Shown one piece after another: positions 1 to 10,392 of a stretch of 64,000 nt of DNA. The position numbers and the translations under genes were made by a program. Source of the DNA: Thermoplasmata archaeon. Its GTDB lineage: Archaea; Thermoplasmatota; Thermoplasmata; Lutacidiplasmatales; UBA184. The stretch covers positions 221,703 through 285,702 of the forward strand of contig JAKIVS010000001.1 of NCBI GenBank assembly GCA_022750435.1. Reading direction: 5' to 3'. Below the pieces are notes generated by a model. The model saw only the letters and a list, made by a program, of their open reading frames with translations, had not been told where the DNA came from and ran no database searches. Position 1 is the stretch's first letter; each line of letters starts with the position of its first letter.

Positions 1-366
1 GAACACCCAGGTGTCGTTGTCGAGCACGGAGAAGTTGCCCCGGCCGCCGAACAGAACGCCTTCCGGCTTTCCGCTGAAATTGGCCCAGGTGAACGTCGCC
101 TCGGCCCGTGGGGAGGGGGGATGCGTCTCGTTGAGGGTCGACCAGTTGGCCGAGACCGGGGCGTGCCCGGCGGTCCGCTCCCCCAGCATCGGACCGACCT
201 TCGAGGGAAGGGTCGCCGCCGTGGGGAACGAGGTCGGGGCGGTCCATACGGCCGTCAGGAGGAGAAGGACGATCCAAAACCCGGTCCAACCACTCAGGCT
301 CGGTCCGCGCCCAGGGAGCGCGAACGTCGCCGAGCCCCGAGCGTGCCCCGGGGGGGCACCTCGCAT
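1..366 (-). CDS. Secreted Kelch-repeat (beta-propeller) protein, N-terminal part, runs off the window edge
   Basis: Not in the ORF track. Manual translation from ATG 366 gives MRGAPP...GFWIVLLLLTAVW (hydrophobic signal) ...HPPSPRAEATFTW...GVLFGGRGNFSVLDNDTWVF, a PxPR / LFGG / DTW Kelch signature, open to base 1. Confidence 0.7.
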   Translation of the reverse strand, partial: MRGAPPGHARGSATFALPGRGPSLSGWTGFWIVLLLLTAVWTAPTSFPTAATLPSKVGPMLGERTAGHAPVSANWSTLNETHPPSPRAEATFTWANFSGKPEGVLFGGRGNFSVLDNDTWVF

Positions 367-550
367 GACCGGGCGAGGGGGCGCCTCGATATGGCGTACC
401 CCCGGCGATTCCCGTTCTCGGGAATCGCTCCCTGCGCAGGCCCCGCCGCCGGCCGCTGCCGGGTGGCCCGGTCGGTTCGGACGTTCGCCGGTCGGGTTCG
501 ACCCGCGCGACCCATGGCGCGGGCTGGGCGAATTCACCGCGGACACGAGC

Positions 551-1309
551 TTACGCGGCGGCGAACCGCTCCCGCGAAATGGGGCAGGGGGAGTCGACGA
601 GCCCGAGCCGGCGGGGGGTGGGGAGCGGCTCGGCGTCCTCCAGCCAGCGACGGAGCTGCTCGGTGACGGGCCCGAACTCCTCGAAGGGATAGTGGGGGAT
701 CCCCGACTTCTCGCAGTACCCCTTCAACCGACGGCGCGCGAAGACGATGTCCGCGACCTCGGCCGCGTACTTGTCGGTGCTCCCGTCGCCAGCGAACACG
801 GAGCGGCGGCCGTCGACCACGTGCTCGCGGACCGTCTGCGCCTTGCAGATGCCGCACAGCCGGCACGTCGCGTGGCCGTGGGGATGCGAGAGGAGGAGCC
901 CGTTCGGCGGGACGAGCTTCAGGACGTCCGAATAGACGGGGAGGTCGATGCCGGCGTGCTTCAGGATCGGGTGGATGTAGAAGTCGAGGCCGCCCGAGAC
1001 GATCGAGGTCGGGACGTGGTGGCGACGGAGGAGCGCGAGGAGGTCGCTCGCCCCCGCCCGGAACGGCGTGTTCCGGACCGACCAGTCGGCCATCTCGGTC
1101 ATCCGGTCGCCCGGCAGGAGGGCGACCTGCCGCTCCCACGCCTCGCGGAGGGTGATCTTTCCCGAGTGCAACTCCTCGTCAATCTCGTGGGCGACCCGCT
1201 TGCCGTCCCGGGCGAACTCCTCCACAAGGATGATCGCCACGTTCGGCTCGACGAGCGTGCCGTCGAAGTCGATCCACATGCGGAGGGCTTGGGAAGCGTC
1301 GGACGCCAT
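551..1309 (-). CDS. MtnX-like HAD-IB family phosphatase
   Basis: HAD motif I (DFDGT), IVSGG, CxxCGxCK and GDGxTD motifs typical of MtnX-like phosphatases. Confidence 0.85.
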   Translation of the reverse strand: MASDASQALRMWIDFDGTLVEPNVAIILVEEFARDGKRVAHEIDEELHSGKITLREAWERQVALLPGDRMTEMADWSVRNTPFRAGASDLLALLRRHHVPTSIVSGGLDFYIHPILKHAGIDLPVYSDVLKLVPPNGLLLSHPHGHATCRLCGICKAQTVREHVVDGRRSVFAGDGSTDKYAAEVADIVFARRRLKGYCEKSGIPHYPFEEFGPVTEQLRRWLEDAEPLPTPRRLGLVDSPCPISRERFAAA

Positions 1310-1457
1310 CGGATGGCTCTCCGGCCGCGCCCCCCCTTCAAAACGATAGCGGAAGGTCGCACCCGAGCGGCGCTCGCGGGAATGCCGCGGGGAGCGCCGG
1401 GACGCGGGACCCGCTTCCCGGGCGCTCGACGAAGGACCGGCGGGACCTTTCCGTTGG

Positions 1458-3851
1458 TCAGACCACGACCACCGTACTGTTCGACCCTTCCCATGCGTCG
1501 CGCTGGGTCCAGTAGAACGTGAACTCGAACACGGTTCCGAGCGGAGCTGGTGTGGGGAGGTCGACGAACTCGACCCCGAGGCCGGTGGAGGAGGACGTAG
1601 TCTCCTCGACTCGACCCCACGCGTCGGAGGTCCACCGAAGTCGGAACGGCTCCGGGGCGACGAGGCGGAGGCGCTCGGTCGCCCGCACCGTCGGGGGGCG
1701 GCGGTTCGGCTTCCAGAACTCCCAGGCGACCCGGCCGGGGTCCTTCGGGAGGTAGCGCGCCTCGACCGTCGGGATCCGGTCGAACACCTCGCCGTCCTCG
1801 GCCGACCGCAGGAGCTTGAGGAATTCGGCGTGCGCCCAGGCGAGCGGCATCGCCGCGCCCGTCGGCTTCCCCGGCGTCAGGTGCTGGACCGGGACGCTCG
1901 TCGTGTCCCACACCTGTTCGGAGAGGAGACCGGTCGGCGAGGCGAATCGGGCCATCGCCTCCAGGAGCGGCCCGGCGGAACGGCCCGCGGCGAGCTCGTA
2001 GTGCGCGCGCTCGCCGGTGAGAAGCGGCCACGCCCGCCCCCGCCCCCACTCGTCGAACGGCCCGCCGTCGTCCCGTTGCCCGTACCCGTCGTGGTTGTAC
2101 CGGTGCCAGCACGGCCCCTCCGGAGTCTCCACCCGGAGGATGCGGTCGACCAGCTGCACGCTCGCCACAATCGTCGGGTCGTCCGCGCGACGCACGCCGT
2201 GCCGGACGAGCTCGAGGAATCCGGCGTCCACGACCTCCCGCGCGGGAAAGCCGGTGGGGGCCCCCGGGGCCTGGTTCGCGAGCAGCAGCACGCCCTCGTC
2301 GGGGTTCTCGTTCGGCGTCGTGTCGCCCATCGCGACGGGGTGGATCCGAACGTAGTGGCGCGGCACCCTCGGGTCGAGGGTCCCGTGCTCGGTCACGGTC
2401 CAGCGCTCGAGGTGGCCCTCCAGGAAATCCGCGTACGACAGGAGGAACTCCGACGTCGCCGGGTCGGCGCGCTCGGAGGCGAACTCGGCCGCCACCACGC
2501 AGGCCGCGATCGTCACCGCCAGCGTCGAGGGGGAATACCCCGACGCCTCCTCCCAGCGCTCCTGCTGCGTCGCCGGCCCGTTCTCGACGAGGAACCGGGC
2601 GGCCCTCTGGACCATCGGGTACGGGTCGAACTCGGCGAGGGCGTTCTCGCGCCGGAGCTTGTCGGCGAGAAGGATCGGGAACGCGACCTCGTCGAGCTGG
2701 AGGCCGCCCCAGTACGCCGTGCCGTCGACCCAGAAATTCTGGGGAAAGCTGCCGTCCGGAAGTTGGCTCGCCGCGATGTAGATGAGCGTCCGCAACGGTG
2801 TCGTCTGGTCGCCCGCCGCGAGCAGCCCGCCGGCGATCTGGACGAGGTCGCGGGTCCAGACGAGATGGTAGCCGCCCCGGTCCTTGTCGCCCTTCGCGTA
2901 GCCCCAGGGGATGGAGAGCGAGGCCACGAACGCGCCGGGGAACGTCTTGTCCTCGTGGGCGAGGAGCAGGCAGTAGCTCCCCTGCTGGAGGTCATGCAGG
3001 CGCGCCGACCGGTGCGCGAACGGTCGGAGGTGCGCGGCGGCCCGTCCCCACTGCTGCCCGAACCGGACGCGGTGCGTCTCGTACGGCGTGCTGAGCGACT
3101 GGAGCAGGGCGGCCACGGCGTGCTGGCGGCCCCGGCCGAAGGCGAGTCCCAGGGTGAATTCCGTCCGGTCGCCGAGGTCGAGTGCCGCCGTGAGGGCCAC
3201 GTTCCCATCGGTCGCCCGGTCGAACTCCCAGGTCATGCCAAGATGCGAGGAGATGTCGGTCCAGCCGTCGCTCGCCCCGACGAATCCGCACGAGAGCTGC
3301 GAAAACGGCACGTTCGCGCCCAGGGCGAGCCAGGTTCCGTTCTTCTCGGCGAGAAGGATCTCCCGTCCCGCCAGGCGACCGACGTAGGCGTTGTTCCCCC
3401 ACCCGGTCCCGTCCAAGTGGGGCGCGGCCAGAACGTAGAGGGCGAGCGGGTTGGGGAATTTCGACTTCGTTTCGAGGCGGAGGTGCTGGAGGAGGACCGG
3501 GAGATGGGGGTCGGCGATGACCTCCTTGTGGATCGTGTAGCGACCGTCGGGGTCGGAGTTCGTGATCCGGTACCCCAGACCCGGTCCGGCGGTGCGCTCC
3601 GTCCGCGTGTGGAGCTGGCGCTTCTCGTCGTGGAAAAACGTCGTTCCGTCGGAGACCAAGAACTGGAGGTCGCGCAGCTGCGGACGGTCGACGAGCGGGT
3701 AGTAGACCTCGGTGACGACCCCGCGCCAGACGGTGAACCAGAGCTTGCAGTCCGCCGAGAAGGCAGTGCCGACGCCGTCCTTGTTGCCGTGCGTCCACTT
3801 CGGGTCGATGCCGGGACCCCCGAACGCCTCCCGGTCCCCGCGAAACTCCAT
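1458..3851 (-). CDS. GH15 glucoamylase / glucodextranase-like glucan 1,4-alpha-glucosidase
   Basis: N-terminal KDGVGTA/TEVYYP domain; GYHLVWTRDL, QLDEVAFP, QERWEE, RYNHDGYG and AMPLAWAHAE GH15 motifs. Confidence 0.92.
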   Translation of the reverse strand: MEFRGDREAFGGPGIDPKWTHGNKDGVGTAFSADCKLWFTVWRGVVTEVYYPLVDRPQLRDLQFLVSDGTTFFHDEKRQLHTRTERTAGPGLGYRITNSDPDGRYTIHKEVIADPHLPVLLQHLRLETKSKFPNPLALYVLAAPHLDGTGWGNNAYVGRLAGREILLAEKNGTWLALGANVPFSQLSCGFVGASDGWTDISSHLGMTWEFDRATDGNVALTAALDLGDRTEFTLGLAFGRGRQHAVAALLQSLSTPYETHRVRFGQQWGRAAAHLRPFAHRSARLHDLQQGSYCLLLAHEDKTFPGAFVASLSIPWGYAKGDKDRGGYHLVWTRDLVQIAGGLLAAGDQTTPLRTLIYIAASQLPDGSFPQNFWVDGTAYWGGLQLDEVAFPILLADKLRRENALAEFDPYPMVQRAARFLVENGPATQQERWEEASGYSPSTLAVTIAACVVAAEFASERADPATSEFLLSYADFLEGHLERWTVTEHGTLDPRVPRHYVRIHPVAMGDTTPNENPDEGVLLLANQAPGAPTGFPAREVVDAGFLELVRHGVRRADDPTIVASVQLVDRILRVETPEGPCWHRYNHDGYGQRDDGGPFDEWGRGRAWPLLTGERAHYELAAGRSAGPLLEAMARFASPTGLLSEQVWDTTSVPVQHLTPGKPTGAAMPLAWAHAEFLKLLRSAEDGEVFDRIPTVEARYLPKDPGRVAWEFWKPNRRPPTVRATERLRLVAPEPFRLRWTSDAWGRVEETTSSSTGLGVEFVDLPTPAPLGTVFEFTFYWTQRDAWEGSNSTVVVV

Positions 3852-3921
3852 CGGTCTGCGCCCTCGCCTCGGGGAGCGAGGCGGCGGCCGAACGGCGCCG
3901 CGTACCTAAGCTTGGGGGACC

Positions 3922-5787
3922 TTACTCTTCGCTCGCGTCGGCCTGCTCGGTCGACAGACGGTACTTGTTCACCACGTCGACGAACGTGGAGTGGGACCAG
4001 GTGAGTGGGGTGGCGGACTTCGGCGCCCCGGTCGCCCCGTCGAGTTGCTCGGAAAGGAGGCGGGTCGGCGTGGCGTGGCTCGCGACCCACTCGATCAGTT
4101 CTCGGCACCGCTCCCGGTCGCCGAGCCGCAGCTTCGCCTCGGCGAGCCAGAGCGTGCAGATCACCCACGGATTCTCATGCCCGCAGTACTCGTCGTTCTC
4201 GAAGCGGGCGAGGCCGCCGACCGTCCGATTCCACAGCCGGCTCTCGACTGTATCGACCGTACGACGCGCGAGCGGGTCGTCCCAAGTCACGAGACCCAAC
4301 TTGAGCGCGAGGAGTACCGAGGAATCGATCACCGCGTCCCGCGGCCCGAGCGACCGGAGAAACCGTCCCTCCGTCGCGTCCCAGAGGTGCTTGCGGGCGG
4401 CCCCGCGCATCTCCTCGGCGGCGGTCTTCCACCCGGTCGCATCCTTGCCGAGCTCCTTCGCGATCCGGCTCGCGCGCTCGAGCGCATGCACGACCGTCGC
4501 GGCCGAGTAGGTGTGGATGCCCTTCCGCTCCTCCCAGAGGTCGTAGCTCGCGGCGGGGAGCCCGGTCTCCGGGTCGCGGAATGTCGCGAGGAACGTCGCG
4601 GCCCCCTTCACGAGCGGCCAGAGGCCGAGGAGCGCGTCCGAATCCGCTCCCCGCTTGAAATGGTGCCAGACGGCGGCGATCACCGTCGCCGTCTGGTCGA
4701 CCTGCAGGAACGGCGGCGGGTGCCAGGTGCTCCCGACGGCGCCATCGGGGAAGTGCCGGTGGAGGAACGAGCCGTCCGGGCTCTGGCAGGCGGAGGCGAA
4801 CTCGAGGAATCGTTGGGCGTACTCGTACAGTCCCGCCTCGTCCATCGCCTTCGAGACGTAGCCGCCGTCGCGCCACCAGCAGTAGTTGTAGGTGTCTCCG
4901 CCGAGGGCGAGCGCGGCGGTGTCGGGGGAGGCAATGATCGAACCGTTCGGCGCGGCGGAGTGGCGCATCATGACGACGCTCGTCTGGTAGACGCTCGCGG
5001 CCTCGACGCTCAGGTCGGCCGGGAACTTCGGCATCCGTCGACGGACCCACGCTTTCCAGAACGCGCGGGCCTCCTCCTCGAACCGGCTTGCGCCGCCGGC
5101 CCGCACGTATTCCCGCATCGCGTGCGTCTCCTCGTTGCTCGCGCCGATGGCGAGGAACAGGGCCACCACCTGGTCGTGGTCCGGCACGGCCTCGAGGTCC
5201 CACTGGAGCGCGCTGTCCGCCGCCCCGTGGGCGATCGTGCGCCCTTCGAGCAGTCCGTCCTCGGCGTCGACGTAGGTTCCCTTGAGCCCCTTCAGGGTGT
5301 GTTCGCCGCACACCGCCCGCGTGTACGTCGGCTCGCTGAAGAACTCGAAGTAGTACCGTCGCTTGTAGTGGACCAGCGAGCGCGCCTCGGAGTCGACGTA
5401 CGCCGTCTCCTGGTAGAGGGATTCGGCGATCTGCAGGGAGTGGTAGCTGAACAGCCGCACCGACCGCGCCGGGTCGGCCCGGACGCGAACAAGGCGCAGC
5501 ACCAGGTCGTGATTCGGATGGACGAGGTCCTCCACACGGATCGAGAGGCCGTGGCCGGTCCACCGGGACTCGGGGAAGTTCGCCGGACCGCTCGGTTCTT
5601 GCCGGACCGAGAACCCGTTCCCGGTCCGCAGCCACGCAAACCGCCGGTCGGGGACATCGTAGACGCCGAGCCGGAGCTCGCGCAGGTGCTGGAACTGGCC
5701 GGGGTACGGGTAGAACAGCTGGTTCCACTCGCCGTCGCCGTTGACGGTGAGCAGGATGCGCCCGTTGCCGGCGAGCTGGGTGATCAT
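3922..5787 (-). CDS. GH15 family glycoside hydrolase (archaeal glucoamylase-like)
   Basis: YNYCWWRDG, QVDQTA, SYDLWEER, LLSEQ and PLTWSHS motifs. Confidence 0.9.
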   Translation of the reverse strand: MITQLAGNGRILLTVNGDGEWNQLFYPYPGQFQHLRELRLGVYDVPDRRFAWLRTGNGFSVRQEPSGPANFPESRWTGHGLSIRVEDLVHPNHDLVLRLVRVRADPARSVRLFSYHSLQIAESLYQETAYVDSEARSLVHYKRRYYFEFFSEPTYTRAVCGEHTLKGLKGTYVDAEDGLLEGRTIAHGAADSALQWDLEAVPDHDQVVALFLAIGASNEETHAMREYVRAGGASRFEEEARAFWKAWVRRRMPKFPADLSVEAASVYQTSVVMMRHSAAPNGSIIASPDTAALALGGDTYNYCWWRDGGYVSKAMDEAGLYEYAQRFLEFASACQSPDGSFLHRHFPDGAVGSTWHPPPFLQVDQTATVIAAVWHHFKRGADSDALLGLWPLVKGAATFLATFRDPETGLPAASYDLWEERKGIHTYSAATVVHALERASRIAKELGKDATGWKTAAEEMRGAARKHLWDATEGRFLRSLGPRDAVIDSSVLLALKLGLVTWDDPLARRTVDTVESRLWNRTVGGLARFENDEYCGHENPWVICTLWLAEAKLRLGDRERCRELIEWVASHATPTRLLSEQLDGATGAPKSATPLTWSHSTFVDVVNKYRLSTEQADASEE

Positions 5788-5913
5788 GGAGCGCTCCCGT
5801 GGTCACCGGCGGGAGGGACCGATTCCGGACGCGGCCGAACTCGTCGCACCGCCCTCCCCCTCGGGAGCGCGGTATTTCCGCCCTCCGTTCGAGTCGCGAA
5901 CGGCCGAGGCGCC

Positions 5914-7125
5914 CTATCGGGGGGCAGAACGACCGCCCGATTCGCCCGTCGGGAGACAGGCGACCGTCCTCTGGCGGAGGTCGGTCAGGGCGTTCATGTA
6001 GTTCGCATAGGCGTCGTACGGAGTACCGTAGGAACTGAAGTACCGATGGACGTCGGCGTCGGCGCCGTGGCCGCTGACGTACATGTAGTAGAAGTGGTCG
6101 GAGGTGAGCATCCAGCGCCATTCCTCGAGGAGCGTCGGGTCCCCCGCGGCCCGGACCAGCGTCCCTAGCTTCTTGGCCGCCTCAAAGGCGGACCTCTGCA
6201 GGTCGTTGCCCAGCCACGCCCCGAGGTCGCGCTTCGCGTCCGCCCAGCTGACGGTCACGGGCGAGGAGACCGCGCCGACCGGCTCGAGTTCCAGCGCGTC
6301 GTCGACGGTCGCCCAGGAGAGCCGCCGGTCGACGGACGCCGCCCGGGGAAGCGCGGAGAGGAAGTCGAGGATGCCGGTATCGGCGTGGTGGTGCTCCCCG
6401 AACGTCTCGAAATCGAGGAACAGCCCGATCATCTCGCCGGGGCTGTCGCCGAGCCATCGGACGTATTTCTCGGCGAGCAGCGGATACTCGCTCCACTCCT
6501 TCGACGAGAACCGGAAACCGATGTCGTCGCTCAGTCGGTAGTTGCGGAGGAGCATCCGCACTGTCGGCGCGCTGGCCGCACAATACATGTGGTTGGCCGA
6601 GCGCCCCTCGAGCATCCCTTCCCACCCCTCCGCCAGCATGGCCGCGTACTTTCGGGACTCCGCGAACCGGGCGAGGTCGTCCGAGAAGGCGAGCTCCGTC
6701 ATCCTCAGAACCTTCGCGTGTCCGCCGAACTGGTCGGCCAGCATGCGCGCATGGCGGTCGACCTCCTCGGCGAGTTCCGGCGGAGGGAGAAGGAACGCCA
6801 GCGAGTGGTAGTACGTCTCCCCGACGAGGGCGACATGGCCCGAGCGGACGAGCCGTTGCAGCCGTTCGAGGACGTCCGGCGCCGCCGCAGCGGCCTGCTC
6901 CACGAACGACCCCGTGATGGAGAGGCTGAATCGGAACTCGGGGAACGCCTCCGTCGCCGCCGTCAGGCGGTCGAGCGCCGGCCGGTACGCGCGCTCGGCG
7001 ATCCCGCGGAAGATCGCGAGGTTTCGTTCGCGGTCGATGTACGGGCGGCCGGAGCCGAGGTCCATGTAGCGGAACCGGGCGAGCCGCCACGGTTGGTGCA
7101 GGTGGAGGTAGAGGACGACCTTCAC
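5914..7125 (-). CDS. GH57 family alpha-amylase / amylopullulanase-like protein
   Basis: HLHQPWRL, ETYYHSL, TEL, LSDDIGFRFS, DFETFGEH, SWAD and TSDHFYYM motifs. GTG start at 7125 overlaps the GT4 stop (GTGA). Confidence 0.9.
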   Translation of the reverse strand: MKVVLYLHLHQPWRLARFRYMDLGSGRPYIDRERNLAIFRGIAERAYRPALDRLTAATEAFPEFRFSLSITGSFVEQAAAAAPDVLERLQRLVRSGHVALVGETYYHSLAFLLPPPELAEEVDRHARMLADQFGGHAKVLRMTELAFSDDLARFAESRKYAAMLAEGWEGMLEGRSANHMYCAASAPTVRMLLRNYRLSDDIGFRFSSKEWSEYPLLAEKYVRWLGDSPGEMIGLFLDFETFGEHHHADTGILDFLSALPRAASVDRRLSWATVDDALELEPVGAVSSPVTVSWADAKRDLGAWLGNDLQRSAFEAAKKLGTLVRAAGDPTLLEEWRWMLTSDHFYYMYVSGHGADADVHRYFSSYGTPYDAYANYMNALTDLRQRTVACLPTGESGGRSAPR

Positions 7126-8504
7126 GTTCGGCTCCGCTGCTTCGCGAGCAACTCGGCGTAGACCCCGACGGTCTGCACCACGCGCTCGGCCCACCCATCG
7201 CGGAGCGCATCGGCGCGGCCGCCCTCGCCCATCGTCCCCCGCAGTACCGGATAGACAAGAAGCTCTGCGATGCGGCTCGCGAACTCTTCCACGTCCCAGA
7301 AATCGATCGCGAAGACGTTCGAGGCGATCTCCGCCACTCCACTCGTTCGGGACAGGATCACGGGGACGCCGGCCGCCATCGCTTCCAGCGCGGCGATGCC
7401 GAACGGCTCCACGACCGACGGCAGGACGAACACGGAGGCGGAGGCGAGCAGGGAGAGCCGCTCCTCTTCCGTCACGTGACCCAGGAACAGGACCTGGTCC
7501 CCAACTCCCAGGTGGACGGCGAGGTCGATCAACCGGGGATACTCGGGACCCTCGCCCGCCACCACGAACAGGGCGTCGGGGAACGCCGGGGCGACTCTCG
7601 CCGCGGCGCGCAGGAACGTGTCGACGTTCTTGGTCGCCGTCAGGCGGCCGAGGCACAGCACGGTCCGATTCGCGGAGGCGACCGGTTCGAGCCGCGCCGT
7701 CGGGCGCACGGCGTTGTACACGACCCGCAGCCGCTCCGGCCGTGCGCCGTATCGTTCGATCAGCTGACGGGCGAGATGCTGGCTGACGGCGATGGTCATG
7801 TCGGCCTGCCGGATCCCGTACTCCTCGCGAGAGCGGAGCGACTCCGCCGGGTGACCCAGCGAGCGGTCGTACTCCGTCGAGTGGATCGTGAGGACCATCG
7901 GACAACCCAGCCGGCGGGCGAGCGCCGCGCCGCCGATGGTGCCGAACCAGTCGTGGACGTGCACGACGCTCGCATCGGCGAGTCCCTCTCGGGAAGCGAC
8001 CCAGGCATCGTATCCTTCGATCGCCTCGGCGGTCGAGCCCCGGGCGAGCTCCCCCGCGGCGTAGGCGAGAGGGTACTCGGGAACGCGCCCGCCCGCGGCC
8101 GGTTCGCCGGGGTGGCGGAACGTGACGCCCGCCACCGGGGTGAACGGGCCGGGGAACGGTGTGAGAAACGTCACACGATGACCCATGCGGGTCAGCTCGC
8201 GGCAGAGCTCGAGGCAGTGCACGCCGAGGCCGCCGGTGTGATGGGGGGGGAATTCCCACCCCACCATGACCACGTGCATCCGCCGGGCCAGCGCCGGGTC
8301 CGGGGTTGGGGCGGTGCGCTGGGGCGGGCGGCTCCAGGTCAGGTCCTTCGAGAGAGATTCCCACTCCTCGGGGCTCCGGGTCGCGGGCGACGGTGCCCGG
8401 TCGGGTCGGGCTCCGTCGACGGGCCCGGGGGCGACGGGCGGGGGCGCGGGCGTCTTCGCGGGTCCCTTCCTCACGGGATCCAGCTCTTTTCGCGGCGCGC
8501 TCAT
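7122..8504 (-). CDS. GT4 glycosyltransferase (glycogen-synthase-like)
   Basis: GWEFPP..GGLGVH, HVHDW, TIHSTEYDR and PSVVEPFGIAALEAMAAG motifs. Start is either 8504 or 8279. Confidence 0.88.
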   Translation of the reverse strand: MSAPRKELDPVRKGPAKTPAPPPVAPGPVDGARPDRAPSPATRSPEEWESLSKDLTWSRPPQRTAPTPDPALARRMHVVMVGWEFPPHHTGGLGVHCLELCRELTRMGHRVTFLTPFPGPFTPVAGVTFRHPGEPAAGGRVPEYPLAYAAGELARGSTAEAIEGYDAWVASREGLADASVVHVHDWFGTIGGAALARRLGCPMVLTIHSTEYDRSLGHPAESLRSREEYGIRQADMTIAVSQHLARQLIERYGARPERLRVVYNAVRPTARLEPVASANRTVLCLGRLTATKNVDTFLRAAARVAPAFPDALFVVAGEGPEYPRLIDLAVHLGVGDQVLFLGHVTEEERLSLLASASVFVLPSVVEPFGIAALEAMAAGVPVILSRTSGVAEIASNVFAIDFWDVEEFASRIAELLVYPVLRGTMGEGGRADALRDGWAERVVQTVGVYAELLAKQRSRT

Positions 8505-8870
8505 GGGTGCGAACTCCGGCCACCGACGGCCGGGCGATCCCCCAGAGAAATCGGCCCGGCGCCCACCGGAAAATTGTCCCCTACCTCCAGGGTCGGCATC
8601 GTCGGTGGGCTTCCGAGACCGCCCGGGGGTCAAGTGGTTTCGCCGTCGGCACCGGGGACGTCGGAACGGCTTCGGGACCCGCGGAAAGACGTCGGGCGGA
8701 CGTCAGCGATTGGCCGGGACGCCGAGGACTTGGAGTCCGACCCGGCTCCCGGACACGCCGAACCCTCGCGGTGTCGCTCCGCCGGCGAAGCGGGGACGTT
8801 CGGACGCTCCTCCGCGCCGCCAAGCCTAAGCGTCCGGACGCCTCCGAAGCGGCATCAACACCGCCCCGCC

Positions 8871-10370
8871 ATGGTCAATCGGAAATGGGTCGTCCTTAGC
8901 AACACCACGATCGGGACCCTCATGGCGTCAATCGACGCCTCGATCGTCCTGATCAGTCTCCCCACGATCGGGCGTCAGCTCCCCGACACCGGCCCGGCGA
9001 TCTTGCTCTGGGTGATGCTGTCGTACAGCGTCGTGACCACCACCCTGCTCCTCTCGTTCGGCCGCCTTTCCGACATGTACGGACGGGTCCGGCTCTACAC
9101 TCTCGGGTTTGCGGTGTTCACGATCGGCTCGGGGGTCGCCAGCCTTTCGCAGACGGGCCCGGAACTCCTGATCTCTCGGGTCGTCCAAGGCACGGGGGCC
9201 GCCTTCCTCTGGTCGAACTCCGCCGCTCTCCTCACCGACGCCTTTCCGGTGGGGGAGCGGGGAAAGGCGCTCGGGATCAACCAGGTCGCCGCCCTCTCCG
9301 GGTCCGTCATCGGGCTGATCCTCGGGGGGATCCTCACGACGACCCTCGGGTGGCGCTCCATCTTCTGGGTCAACCTCCCCATCGGCGCCTTCGGCACCAT
9401 CTGGGCGTACGTCGCCCTCCGGGAGATGCACGCCCCCGAGCGGGACGTCCCGATCGACTGGGTCGGGAACCTTTCGTTCGGGGGCGGCCTGACCCTGTGC
9501 CTCGTGGGGCTGACGATCGGTGCGCTCGCCGGCTGGACGAGTCTCTTCGTCGTACTCTCCGTCCCGCTCGGACTGCTCCTGCTCGTCGTCTTCGTGGTGA
9601 CCGAGCAGCGCGTCGAGCACCCGATGTTCGACCTTTCGCTGTTCCGGATCCGTACGTTTCTCGCTGGGAACGTCGCCGCCGCCTTGGCGGCCCTCGGCCG
9701 TGGGGCGTTCTCGTTCGTGATGGTGTTCTACCTGCAGGGGGTGTTGGGCGACAGCGCGCTCACGGCCGGGGTCCTCCTCATCCCCCTCTCGGTCGCGTTC
9801 GTCGTGACGGGCCCGCTCAGCGGGGCCATCTCGGACCGTCGGGGGGCGAGGGGTCTCGGCACGATCGGTCTCTTGGTCGGGGCCGTCGGGTTCGCCGTCC
9901 TGCTCCAGTTCCCGGCCGGCGGCTCCTACACTCTCCTCGGCGGAGCGATGGCGCTCCTCGGGCTGGGCCAGGGGATGTTCGCCGCGCCGAACCGCGCGGA
10001 GGTGATGACGAGCGTACCGGCCGCCCGTCGGGGGATCGCCGCCGGCATCGGGACCACGCTCCTCAACGCCGGTTCTCTCGGCTCCTTGGCCCTCGCCTTC
10101 ACGGTACTCGCCGCCTCCGTCCCACGTTCCACCCTGACGGAGATCTTCAGCGGGACCGGCGGGGCGATCGTCGATGCCGGCTCGTTCATGAACGGCCTCC
10201 ACGTCTTGTTCGCGATCGGCGTCGCCCTGATGGTCCTCGCCGCGATCGCGAACTCGCTTCGCGGAACGACCGAGCATGCGCCGGCGTCCGGGGACGGCGT
10301 GCCGCGCTCCACTTCGCCGTCGGAGTTTCCGTTGCTGCGGGTTCACGACGGAACCTCGGGGTCCAAATAG
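8871..10370 (+). CDS. MFS transporter, DHA2-like (EmrB/QacA, 14 TM)
   Basis: MVNRKWVVLSNTTIG start, GRLSDMYGR motif A, WRSIFWVNLPIG and many hydrophobic helices. Confidence 0.9.
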   Translation: MVNRKWVVLSNTTIGTLMASIDASIVLISLPTIGRQLPDTGPAILLWVMLSYSVVTTTLLLSFGRLSDMYGRVRLYTLGFAVFTIGSGVASLSQTGPELLISRVVQGTGAAFLWSNSAALLTDAFPVGERGKALGINQVAALSGSVIGLILGGILTTTLGWRSIFWVNLPIGAFGTIWAYVALREMHAPERDVPIDWVGNLSFGGGLTLCLVGLTIGALAGWTSLFVVLSVPLGLLLLVVFVVTEQRVEHPMFDLSLFRIRTFLAGNVAAALAALGRGAFSFVMVFYLQGVLGDSALTAGVLLIPLSVAFVVTGPLSGAISDRRGARGLGTIGLLVGAVGFAVLLQFPAGGSYTLLGGAMALLGLGQGMFAAPNRAEVMTSVPAARRGIAAGIGTTLLNAGSLGSLALAFTVLAASVPRSTLTEIFSGTGGAIVDAGSFMNGLHVLFAIGVALMVLAAIANSLRGTTEHAPASGDGVPRSTSPSEFPLLRVHDGTSGSK

Positions 10371-10392
10371 GGTATCCCAGTGAAAATCGACG

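Noticed and set aside
7126-8523. Long N-terminal extensions in the ORF track (GH57 869 aa, MFS 964 aa, EPSPS 877 aa, TrpF 707 aa, VOC 913 aa) that suggest fusions
   Set aside because: The extensions overlap neighbouring real genes in other frames. True starts are marked by ATGA/GTGA couplings or family N-termini.
8505-8870. Structured ncRNA or riboswitch in larger intergenic gaps (also 41711-41890, 56058-56316, 59265-59539)
   Set aside because: Only generic GC-rich hairpins were seen, with no recognisable family motif. An Rfam/Infernal scan would be needed to exclude one.
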